A stretch of 64,000 nucleotides of DNA from a bacterium (GTDB lineage: Bacteria; Verrucomicrobiota; Kiritimatiellia; RFP12; UBA1067): contig JBAXOG010000006.1 of the NCBI GenBank assembly GCA_037133395.1, positions 1,036 to 65,035 of the forward strand, in the 5' to 3' direction. Shown here one piece after another: positions 25,581 through 33,408 of the stretch. A program made the position numbers and the translations under genes. Position 1 is the first letter of the stretch; the number at the start of each line of letters is the position of its first letter. Under the pieces are notes generated by a model that was not told where the DNA came from, searched no databases, and was given only the letters and a program-made list of their open reading frames with translations.

Positions 25581-26414
25581 ATGAAAAATGCACAATCCAT
25601 ATCGTGGCCCCGTTTCGTTGAGAACGCCCTTCTGACCCTTGCAGCTTTGCTGATCGTGGGCCTTTTCATCCTATTGCCTCTTTTGGTGGTGCTTCAAACA
25701 GCTTTTGCCAATGGCGTGAAGGTCTGGCTGGCCAGTGTGAACGAGCCGGATGCACGCTCCGCCATCTATTTAACCCTGGGCGTGACAGCGCTCGTGGTGC
25801 CGCTCAATACGCTCTTCGGTATTGCCGCGGCGTGGGTTATCGCCAAGTTCCGGTTCAAGGGCCGCAGCCTCCTGCTGACACTGGTGGACTTGCCCTTCGC
25901 GGTCTCGCCCGTCGTCGCGGGTCTGATCTTTATCCTAATCTTCGGTCGTCACGGCTGGCTGGGCACATGGTTGTCGGAGCATAATCTGCGCATCGTCTTC
26001 GCCGTGCCGGGCATCCTCATCGCGACGCTCTTCGTGACCTTTCCCTTTGTGGCGCGCGAATTGATCCCGCTCATGGCGGAGCAAGGTTCTGAAGAGGAGC
26101 AAGCCGCGCTCAGCCTCGGGGCGACTGGCTGGCAGACGTTCATAAAGGTGACCCTGCCAAATATCAAGTGGGGCCTGCTCTACGGAATAATCCTCTGCAA
26201 TGCGCGGGCCATGGGCGAATTCGGCGCGGTCTCCGTGGTCTCCGGTCATATCCGCGGCGAGACCAACACCTTGCCGCTGCATGTGGAGGTTCTTTACAAT
26301 GAGTACAATTTTACAGCCGCCTTCGCCTGCGCCTCGCTGCTGGCGGGACTGGCATTGGTAACACTGGCCATCAAGACGATTGTGGAGCTGAAGAGCGCGC
26401 AAGAGTCAGGATAA
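25581..26414 (+). CDS. cysW: Sulfate ABC transporter permease
   Basis: EAA loop EEQAALSLGATGWQTFIKVTLPNI. Start moved from 25401 to the in-frame ATG at 25581 (MKNAQSISWPRF...), because the upstream 60 codons are a read-through of the repeat element (WNTGILE...HHSNIPLFHHS). Confidence 0.9.
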   Translation: MKNAQSISWPRFVENALLTLAALLIVGLFILLPLLVVLQTAFANGVKVWLASVNEPDARSAIYLTLGVTALVVPLNTLFGIAAAWVIAKFRFKGRSLLLTLVDLPFAVSPVVAGLIFILIFGRHGWLGTWLSEHNLRIVFAVPGILIATLFVTFPFVARELIPLMAEQGSEEEQAALSLGATGWQTFIKVTLPNIKWGLLYGIILCNARAMGEFGAVSVVSGHIRGETNTLPLHVEVLYNEYNFTAAFACASLLAGLALVTLAIKTIVELKSAQESG

Positions 26415-26428
26415 CAACAGATGAAACG

Positions 26429-26499
26429 AACATCCAACATCGAACGTCCAACATCTAACGTTGAATTTTGAATAAGGCAATAACGCAATAAGGCAATTC
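26429..26499. repeat. cysW-cysA spacer element: AACATCCAACATCGAACGTCCAACATCTAACG sub-repeats plus 'AATAAGGCAAT' family copy
   Basis: AATAAGGCAATAACGCAATAAGGCAATTC at 26471-26499. Related copies at 27704-27725, 29541-29562 (inverted) and 39325-39359. Confidence 0.85.
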
Positions 26500-26511
26500 T
26501 TTGGAGTTTTT

Positions 26512-27582
26512 ATGAGCATAACCATTCAAAACGTGAACAAGACATTCGGGACGTTTCAGGCCCTTCGGGATGTGAATCTGGAGGTGACCTCCGGAAGTCT
26601 CACCGCCCTGCTCGGGCCTTCGGGCTCGGGCAAGACAACGCTGTTGCGCATTGTGGCGGGACTGGAGAGTCTCGACGAGGGAAATGGCGGCGATATACTT
26701 TTTGATGGAACACCTGTCACCGCCAATCCCGTCAACCGCAGACAAGTCGGTTTCGTCTTCCAGCATTATGCGCTCTTCCGTCACATGACCGTCTTTGAGA
26801 ACATCGCCTTCGGTCTGCGCGTCAAGCCACGTAAGGAGCGGCTGACGAAGGCGGAAATTAAAGATCGTGTCATCGAATTGCTTAAACTGGTTCAGCTCGA
26901 ACAGCTAGCAGATCGTTTTCCTTCACAACTTTCCGGCGGACAACGTCAGCGCATCGCGCTGGCGCGGGCTTTGGCGATTCATCCCAAAGTCCTCTTGCTC
27001 GATGAACCGTTTGGCGCACTCGATGCCCAGGTGCGAACAGAGCTGAGGCGCTGGCTGCGTCATCTGCATGATACAATTCATGTGACCAGCATCTTTGTGA
27101 CACACGATCAGGAAGAGGCGCTCGAAGTGGCGGACAGCATAGTGGTGATGAACAAGGGACGGATCGAGCAGGTCGGTGCGCCTAACGAGGTCTTCCAGAA
27201 TCCGGCATCGGAATTTGTGATGAAATTTCTCGGTGACGTGAATGTCTTTCACGGACGCATCCATGATGATCGAGGCGTCTTCACGGATGAGCAGAAAGAC
27301 GGGGATGAAAGCGTCCGACTCCTGGTCCGTCCGCATGATCTGGACATTCAATTGACGCCTGGCAATGGCATCAGCCTGCCCGCACAGGTTTACCGCGTGT
27401 TGACCGCCGGGCCGTTGGTGAAGGTTGAGTTGCTCAACAACCAGAACCAGTTGATCCAGGTTTATGTACCCCATGAAACCTATCGGGTGACGCCTGTTAA
27501 AGCCGGTCATCAGGTCTACTTGGTACCCAAAGCATCGCGTATCTATGGCGAAGGCGTTGGACCTGTGGATTATGCGATTTAA
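26512..27582 (+). CDS. cysA: Sulfate/thiosulfate ABC transporter ATP-binding protein
   Basis: Walker [10 protein letters not shown], signature LSGGQRQR, Walker B LLLDEPF. C-terminal TOBE-like domain. Confidence 0.95.
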   Translation: MSITIQNVNKTFGTFQALRDVNLEVTSGSLTALLGPSGSGKTTLLRIVAGLESLDEGNGGDILFDGTPVTANPVNRRQVGFVFQHYALFRHMTVFENIAFGLRVKPRKERLTKAEIKDRVIELLKLVQLEQLADRFPSQLSGGQRQRIALARALAIHPKVLLLDEPFGALDAQVRTELRRWLRHLHDTIHVTSIFVTHDQEEALEVADSIVVMNKGRIEQVGAPNEVFQNPASEFVMKFLGDVNVFHGRIHDDRGVFTDEQKDGDESVRLLVRPHDLDIQLTPGNGISLPAQVYRVLTAGPLVKVELLNNQNQLIQVYVPHETYRVTPVKAGHQVYLVPKASRIYGEGVGPVDYAI

Positions 27583-27725
27583 ATGCTTAAGCATTTCTGA
27601 GTGTCAGTAAGTCGGGAAGTGTCAGTAAGTGTCAGTAAGTCCAAATAATAAGGCTCGTTGGAGCGAAGCGGAAACCATTCGGCGAATGCCGAAAGCGAAG
27701 CGGTAATAATGCAATAAGGCAATTC
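27581..27725. repeat. cysA-cysH spacer element with several repeat components
   Basis: Read directly: a 16-bp palindrome AAATGCTTAAGCATTT (27581-27596, overlapping the cysA stop codon), GTGTCAGTAAG x3 (27601-27642), a GC hairpin region, and an 'AATAAGGCAAT' family copy (27704-27725). Confidence 0.85.
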
Positions 27726-27729
27726 TAAA

Positions 27730-28476
27730 ATGAGTACAGAAACCTGGAGAGATAATCTTGAGGGCAAAGACCCCGAAACCGTGCTCCGCTTGATGTGGGA
27801 GCGCTTTGGCGCGTCGTTGGTCTTTGCGACGTCGTTGTCTGCGGAAGATCAGATTTTGACCGAGATGATTGCACGGAACAAATGGCCGATTCCCTTTGTG
27901 ACCTTGGATACGGGACGTCTCTTTCCTGAGACGTATGATCTGTTGGCGGCGACCGAAAAGCAGTATAACATCAAAATTAAAATCTTCTTTCCGGAGCGTG
28001 AAGCCGTGGAACAGATGGTTTCAGAGCAAGGCGTGAACCTCTTTTTTGACAGCATCGCCAATCGTAAACGTTGCTGCCAGGTGCGCAAACTGGAGCCGCT
28101 GAAACGTGCGCTCTCCCCCTATAGTGCTTGGATCTGTGGCCTGCGGCGCGAGCAGTCCGTCACGCGCGCCTTAGTCCGCGTGGTCGAGGATGATGCGCTC
28201 AACGGAAAGGTGAAGATTAATCCGCTGATTGATTGGACGGAAGCGCAGGTCTGGGGATATATTGCGGCGCGTAACGTGCCTTACAATCCGCTCCATGACA
28301 AGGGATTTCCAAGCATCGGATGCGCCTGCTGCACACGGGCCATCAAACAGACCGAGTCAGTTCGTGCAGGTCGCTGGTGGTGGGAAGAGCCGGAGCATAA
28401 GGAGTGCGGCCTGCACCGAAAGCCCGAGGGGCAAGCATCCGATGAGGAACAAGGGCGGATGTTTCTGGGCGAATAG
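27730..28476 (+). CDS. cysH: Adenylyl-sulfate (APS)/PAPS reductase, Fe-S-type signature
   Basis: Conserved C-terminal KECGLH. Also a Cys pair RKRCCQVRK and SIGCACCT (CxxC), the two extra Cys pairs that characterise [4Fe-4S] APS reductases. Confidence 0.9.
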   Translation: MSTETWRDNLEGKDPETVLRLMWERFGASLVFATSLSAEDQILTEMIARNKWPIPFVTLDTGRLFPETYDLLAATEKQYNIKIKIFFPEREAVEQMVSEQGVNLFFDSIANRKRCCQVRKLEPLKRALSPYSAWICGLRREQSVTRALVRVVEDDALNGKVKINPLIDWTEAQVWGYIAARNVPYNPLHDKGFPSIGCACCTRAIKQTESVRAGRWWWEEPEHKECGLHRKPEGQASDEEQGRMFLGE

Positions 28477-28556
28477 GCGTCCTCGCCTGTTCACGGGCGG
28501 CATGTAGGCCGCCCGCCACTTCCCCGAAACATTGTTGCACAGGCGAGGACGCCTAT
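28473..28556. repeat. Palindromic element with perfect 18-bp inverted arms and a nested GC hairpin
   Basis: ATAGGCGTCCTCGCCTGT (28473-28490) is the reverse complement of 28539-28556. The nested hairpin is GGGCGGC-ATGTAG-GCCGCCC. The left arm overlaps the cysH stop codon. Confidence 0.9.
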
Positions 28557-28626
28557 GCGCCCAGGATTTGAACTGAATGAAACGCGCGTAACCAAGAAGC
28601 TGAACACGAAGAGAGGAACAGCCATC

Positions 28627-29535
28627 ATGAGTGAAAAAACATTAAGTCAGTTAAGACAACTTGAAGCCGAGAGTATTCATATTTTCCGCGATGCCGTAAG
28701 TCAGGCGCAGAACCCGATCCTGCTCTACTCCATTGGAAAAGATTCCTCGGTGCTGGTGCGGTTGGCACAGAAGGCCTTCTTTCCCGGACGTCTACCTTTT
28801 AAACTGCTGCATATCGACTCCACGTGGAAGTTCCGGGAGATGATCGCCTTCCGCGACCAGTTCTGCAAGGAACAAGAACTCGAGCTTCTTGTACATTCAA
28901 ACGAACAGGGCCGTGCTGACGGGGTGAATCCTTTTGATTATGGCAGTCGGAAATACACAGACCTCATGAAGACACAGGCCTTGCTTCAGGCGCTCAAGAA
29001 GGGCAAGTATGATCTGGCGTTTGGCGGTGCGCGCCGCGATGAAGAAAAGTCCCGCGCAAAAGAGCGCGTCTTCTCCTTTCGTGACAAGCATCAGCAGTGG
29101 GATCCCAAGAACCAGCGGCCGGAACTCTGGAACATCTACAATGCACGCGTCAATCCCGACGAGAGCGTGCGCGTTTTTCCGCTGTCGAATTGGACGGAGA
29201 CCGACATCTGGCAGTATATCCGGATCGAGCAGATTCCGATTGTGCCGCTCTATTTCGCAGCGCAGCGTCCGGTCGTGGAAAGGGATGGACAGTGGATCAT
29301 GGTGGATGACGAGCGCATGAGGCTCCATCCCGGCGAGCGTCCTCAGGAACGCTGGGTACGCTTCCGCACGCTGGGTTGCTATCCGCTCACCGGTGCGATC
29401 GAGTCGCGCGCCACCACCGTCGAGGAGATCGTTGCCGAGACGTTGCAGGTTCGGGTCAGCGAACGTTCGACACGCGTCATCGACCATGATGGCGACTCCT
29501 CAATGGAACAAAAGAAACGCGAAGGGTATTTCTAA
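28627..29535 (+). CDS. cysD: Sulfate adenylyltransferase subunit 2
   Basis: [14 protein letters not shown]...[11 protein letters not shown]...[13 protein letters not shown], close to E. coli CysD. Start moved to ATG 28627 (RBS AGAGAGGAA), because the track start at 28555 lies inside the palindromic element. Confidence 0.95.
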   Translation: MSEKTLSQLRQLEAESIHIFRDAVSQAQNPILLYSIGKDSSVLVRLAQKAFFPGRLPFKLLHIDSTWKFREMIAFRDQFCKEQELELLVHSNEQGRADGVNPFDYGSRKYTDLMKTQALLQALKKGKYDLAFGGARRDEEKSRAKERVFSFRDKHQQWDPKNQRPELWNIYNARVNPDESVRVFPLSNWTETDIWQYIRIEQIPIVPLYFAAQRPVVERDGQWIMVDDERMRLHPGERPQERWVRFRTLGCYPLTGAIESRATTVEEIVAETLQVRVSERSTRVIDHDGDSSMEQKKREGYF

Positions 29536-29540
29536 GTAGC

Positions 29541-29562
29541 CATTGCCTTATTGCGTTATTGG
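29541..29562. repeat. 'AATAAGGCAAT' family copy in inverted orientation, in the cysD-cysN spacer
   Basis: CATTGCCTTATTGCGTTATTGG is the reverse complement of CCAATAACGCAATAAGGCAATG. Confidence 0.8.
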
Positions 29563-29577
29563 ATTGGGAGCATAATT

Positions 29578-31443
29578 ATGAAAAACATCGAAAACTATTT
29601 AGACGAACACGAGAACAAGAATCTGCTAAGGTTCATCACCTGCGGTTCTGTGGATGACGGCAAATCGACCCTCATTGGCCGCCTGCTCTACGACAGCAAG
29701 CTGATCTACGAAGACCAGCTCAGCTCGTTGCAGGATGCCAGTGACAAGAACGGGACGACTGGCGCGGGAGAGATCGATTATGCGTTGCTGCTCGACGGCC
29801 TCAAGGCTGAACGCGAACAGGGCATTACCATCGATGTGGCCTATCGCTATTTTTCAACACCGCAACGGAAGTTCATCATCGCGGACACCCCGGGACATGA
29901 ACAGTACACGCGCAACATGGCCACCGGTGCCTCGACTGCCAATCTTGCGATCATCCTGATTGATGCGCGGTATGGCGTGGTGACGCAAACACGGCGTCAT
30001 GCCTTCATTGCCTCATTGCTCGGTATCAAACATTTGCTGGTCGCGGTGAACAAGATGGACATCGGCGGCTATAGCGAAGAGACCTTCCTGACCATCCGCC
30101 AGTCCTTCAGCGATTTTGCGCAGAAGCTCGACATACCTGATATTCGCTTTGTGCCTGTTTCCGCACTTAAAGGAACGAATGTCACCGTCCGTTCACGGGA
30201 ACTGACACCCTGGTATTCTGGGCCGTCCCTGCTTCAGATTCTGGAGACCGTCGACATTTCGAACGATGTCAACACGCGCGACTTACGCTTCCCGGTGCAG
30301 GTTGTGATCCGTCCACACCTCAACTTCCGTGGCTTCGCGGGAACCGTTGTTTCGGGAACCATTAAGCCCGGAGAGAAAATCCATGTGCTCCCCTCCCACA
30401 AGACGTCAACCGTCAAGCGCATTGTCACTGCTGATGGCGACCTGGACGAAGCCTTCGCCCCTCAGGCCGTGACGCTGGAGCTGGAAGACGAGGTGGATAT
30501 CAGCAGCGGCGACATGATTGTCCACGACAACAACCGTCCTGCATTGAAGGACCGCTTTGAAGCTGTGGTGATCTGGATGAGCGAGACGCCTTTGAAGGCG
30601 GGCGCCAATTACCTTGTCCGCCATGCGGGACGCTTTGTGAAGGCGCGCATTGAGGCGCTCGTCTATGCCATCGATGTCAACACCATGGAGCAGAAGGCGG
30701 TCGACGCGCTGCCCTTGAACGGAATCGGACGCATCGTGGTCGAGACCACCAAGCCGCTCTATGTAGATCCCTATTCCGTGAACCACGCCACAGGCAGTCT
30801 CGTCTTCGTCGACGAGCTTAGTAACGTCACGGCAGGCGCCGCTTTGGTGACCGACACGGTCTTCGTAGATCCTGATTCGGCACGGGTTGTCTCAGATGGC
30901 AAGAGTCTGTTGCGGGATCATGTGGAACGTCGCGAGTTTCATTGGGAAGCAGGACTGGTCACGGCCAAGGATCGTCTCATCCGTAACCGCCATGTGGGCA
31001 AGAGCGTCATCGTGACAGGTTCCTCAACACAGACTGTGAGCGACTTTGGCCGCCAACTCGAACAGCGCCTCTTTCGCTTGAACCTGAGCTCCTACTTCCT
31101 TGGGTTCTCGAGTTTGTCGCGCGGGTTGGCCTCGGATGTAACAGATAACCGTTCAGAACATGACGCACAGATTCAGCGTCTGGGCGAACTGGCTCGAATC
31201 TTGACAGACGCAGGTTTAATCTTCATCACGGCGCTACCAGCCGCAGATGACTATACGATCGAGCGGCTGAGTCTGCTGAACCAGCCGAACGATTTATTGG
31301 TGGTTTCAATCGAAGAGGCCGGCAAGCAGACCTTGGGTGCTGCAACCATTACGCTCTTGGAGTCCACTCCACGGGAAACAGGACTGGCAGCTGTCCTCTC
31401 CTTGCTGGCAAGCAACCATGTTATCCCGGAGTACTGCATTTAG
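29578..31443 (+). CDS. cysN: Sulfate adenylyltransferase subunit 1 (GTPase) fused to a degenerate APS-kinase-like C-terminal domain
   Basis: G1 GSVDDGKST, G3 DTPGHEQY, G4 NKMD. The C-terminal ~170 aa align with CysC, but the P-loop reads VTGSSTQTVSD instead of GLSGSGKST and LDGDNxR reads LGFSSLSR. Start set to ATG 29578 (MKNIENYL..., RBS GGGAG). Confidence 0.9.
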   Translation: MKNIENYLDEHENKNLLRFITCGSVDDGKSTLIGRLLYDSKLIYEDQLSSLQDASDKNGTTGAGEIDYALLLDGLKAEREQGITIDVAYRYFSTPQRKFIIADTPGHEQYTRNMATGASTANLAIILIDARYGVVTQTRRHAFIASLLGIKHLLVAVNKMDIGGYSEETFLTIRQSFSDFAQKLDIPDIRFVPVSALKGTNVTVRSRELTPWYSGPSLLQILETVDISNDVNTRDLRFPVQVVIRPHLNFRGFAGTVVSGTIKPGEKIHVLPSHKTSTVKRIVTADGDLDEAFAPQAVTLELEDEVDISSGDMIVHDNNRPALKDRFEAVVIWMSETPLKAGANYLVRHAGRFVKARIEALVYAIDVNTMEQKAVDALPLNGIGRIVVETTKPLYVDPYSVNHATGSLVFVDELSNVTAGAALVTDTVFVDPDSARVVSDGKSLLRDHVERREFHWEAGLVTAKDRLIRNRHVGKSVIVTGSSTQTVSDFGRQLEQRLFRLNLSSYFLGFSSLSRGLASDVTDNRSEHDAQIQRLGELARILTDAGLIFITALPAADDYTIERLSLLNQPNDLLVVSIEEAGKQTLGAATITLLESTPRETGLAAVLSLLASNHVIPEYCI

Positions 31444-31468
31444 GGTGCGATTCAACTTTGTTGAATTA

Positions 31469-31605
31469 GTACCCAAGGGAGGAAGGAGGAAGTAGTAGGG
31501 AGGAGTTGTATTAGGGCTTGTTTTATTGAGGTTTTTGTTTATTACCTCCTACTTCCTCCTTCCTACCTCCTCCTTGGTACGGTTCAGTTTCAACTAAACT
31601 GAACC
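31469..31605. repeat. Composite palindromic element (GGAGG/GGAAG sub-repeat arms) plus a 10-bp perfect hairpin
   Basis: Left arm is GTACCCAAGGGAGGAAGGAGGAAGTAGTAGGGAGG. Right arm is CCTCCTACTTCCTCCTTCCTACCTCCTCCTTGGTAC (ends at 31580). Then the hairpin GGTTCAGTTT-CAACT-AAACTGAACC (31581-31605). Lies in the cysN-sir spacer. Confidence 0.85.
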
Positions 31606-31674
31606 ACACCCTATACGAAAGGCTGTGCTATTGAGAGGGGAATCTGTTATTCTCTTCCCCCATTGGAGAAATGG

Positions 31675-33216
31675 ATGTACGAAAACTATACGACGCTCAA
31701 GGATGCCTTCACTGATTTTATCGCTGAACGGCTGACTGCTGATGGACTTAAACCCGTTGCCGCACCTTATGGTATCTATCAACAGCGAGACGGGAGCTTT
31801 ATGATCCGTGTACGTGTGAATGGGGGTGAAATCGATTGTGTAACGCTTACAGCCTTTGCCGATCTGCTCGAACGGGTGGGTGGACAGGCGCATCTGACCT
31901 CCCGGCAGGATATTCAGTTTCACAATATTCCGGCAGATCGTGTGGTTGAGACGGTTCTCGCGTGTGATCGTCTTGGATGGCCCTTCAAGGGCGGCGGCGG
32001 CAACACCTATCGCAACATCATGGTCGGTAGTGAAAGTGGCCTTTCTCCGGACTCCCTATTTGATGTCTATCCTTATGCGGAGGCTCTTAATCGCGCTATG
32101 CAGGGCTTTGACAAGGCCTTCACACTTCCGCGCAAATTCAAGATCGGCTTTTTCGCCTGCGAGAAGGATGTTCTGAAAGCCTCGATACAGGATCTTGGCT
32201 TCGTGGCCAACTTTCGGGAGGGCGAGCGGGGGTTCAAGGTTTATGCAGGGGGTGGCTTGGGTCGCGACAGTGCAGTCGGCATTTGCCTGATTGAGTTTCT
32301 GCCCGTGGAACGACTGGTGGAGGTCGCCTTCGCGATGATCTCGCTCTTTCACGATCATGGTGACCGGACCAACCGCAATCACGCCCGACTTCGTTTTCTG
32401 CTCAAGCGGATCGGCTCTGAGGGGTTCCGGAAACTCTATGCGGATTATTATGCAACCACGGAAGTCGCCGAGCCTCTTTCCGTCCAGATGCGAGACTATT
32501 CCATTGACGGACTGCGTGAACGATTTCTGCCCGCCCCGTTGGGTGTTGCTTCGGATCCAGACTATGTCCGCTGGGCTGCTGTGGCGGTTTCACCGACGCG
32601 TCTCGGCGACTGGGTCAAGTCCGTTCGTCTTTTTGTACCTTACGGCAATCTGACGGCTTCTGCTGTACGCACAATCGCTAAGATCGCTTCGGAGGCGGGC
32701 TCGACTCGCGTACGCCTGCTGGCATCGCAAGATATCCTGATCCCTGTTGCCTCAGCTTCGTCGCTGCCGTGGCTTTATCATCAACTGCGCCAACGGTTGC
32801 CAGAGGTGGATATTCTCTTCCGCTCCTTCAAGGGCCACATTGTGACCTGCGTCGGCGCATCCATCTGCAAGATCGGCATGGTGGATACGCCAGCGCTGGC
32901 AGACCGGTTGGCCGAGTCGCTGGATCGTCTGCTGTCCGAGGATCCGAACAAACGCCAAGCTTTGCAGAAATGGGTAGCCGACGGTGTGCGAATCTCTGGA
33001 TGTCCGAATGCCTGCTCCGCGCATCCTGCCGCGCAACTGGGCATCGGCTGCATCAACCAGAAGGTCGATGGCGTCATCGTGCCCCATGCCCATGTCTACA
33101 CAGGCGCAGGAGTCACGCAAGGCCGCCCGCATCTCGCGAAAGACGAAACCGGCATCTGTTATCCCATCGACGCATTGCTCGAACATGTCGAGACGATTCT
33201 CCTCTCCCGCGGTTAA
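31675..33216 (+). CDS. sir: Assimilatory sulfite reductase, ferredoxin/NirA-type siroheme-[4Fe-4S] hemoprotein
   Basis: Cluster/siroheme cysteines TCVGASICKIG (Cx5C) and SGCPNACSAHP (Cx3C). Nitrite/sulfite reductase ferredoxin-like half domains. Operon context. ATG 31675 is preferred (GGAGAA 5-10 nt upstream) over the track's TTG at 31663. Confidence 0.8.
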   Translation: MYENYTTLKDAFTDFIAERLTADGLKPVAAPYGIYQQRDGSFMIRVRVNGGEIDCVTLTAFADLLERVGGQAHLTSRQDIQFHNIPADRVVETVLACDRLGWPFKGGGGNTYRNIMVGSESGLSPDSLFDVYPYAEALNRAMQGFDKAFTLPRKFKIGFFACEKDVLKASIQDLGFVANFREGERGFKVYAGGGLGRDSAVGICLIEFLPVERLVEVAFAMISLFHDHGDRTNRNHARLRFLLKRIGSEGFRKLYADYYATTEVAEPLSVQMRDYSIDGLRERFLPAPLGVASDPDYVRWAAVAVSPTRLGDWVKSVRLFVPYGNLTASAVRTIAKIASEAGSTRVRLLASQDILIPVASASSLPWLYHQLRQRLPEVDILFRSFKGHIVTCVGASICKIGMVDTPALADRLAESLDRLLSEDPNKRQALQKWVADGVRISGCPNACSAHPAAQLGIGCINQKVDGVIVPHAHVYTGAGVTQGRPHLAKDETGICYPIDALLEHVETILLSRG

Positions 33217-33408
33217 GTTCCCTAACGGTTGTGCGGGATGAAGTTAGGTGGTGAAGTGGTAGTGCGGTAAAGAAACTGGCTCGTTCTTTTTTGCCCACGG
33301 AACACACGAAACGACACGGAAGCATTTGTTTTAGGACCAACCCATGACTTGCGGAGGGGTGGTAATTATGGTACTTTCAAAACGTAATATACACCGAGGA
33401 AGTCGTTC

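Noticed and set aside
28555-28626. Upstream extension of cysD (track start 28555), and similar extensions of cysN (29551), wrbA (37775) and the met PLP gene (23259)
   Set aside because: The extensions overlap repeat elements or promoter DNA and lack an RBS. Internal starts with good SD sequences reproduce canonical N-termini.
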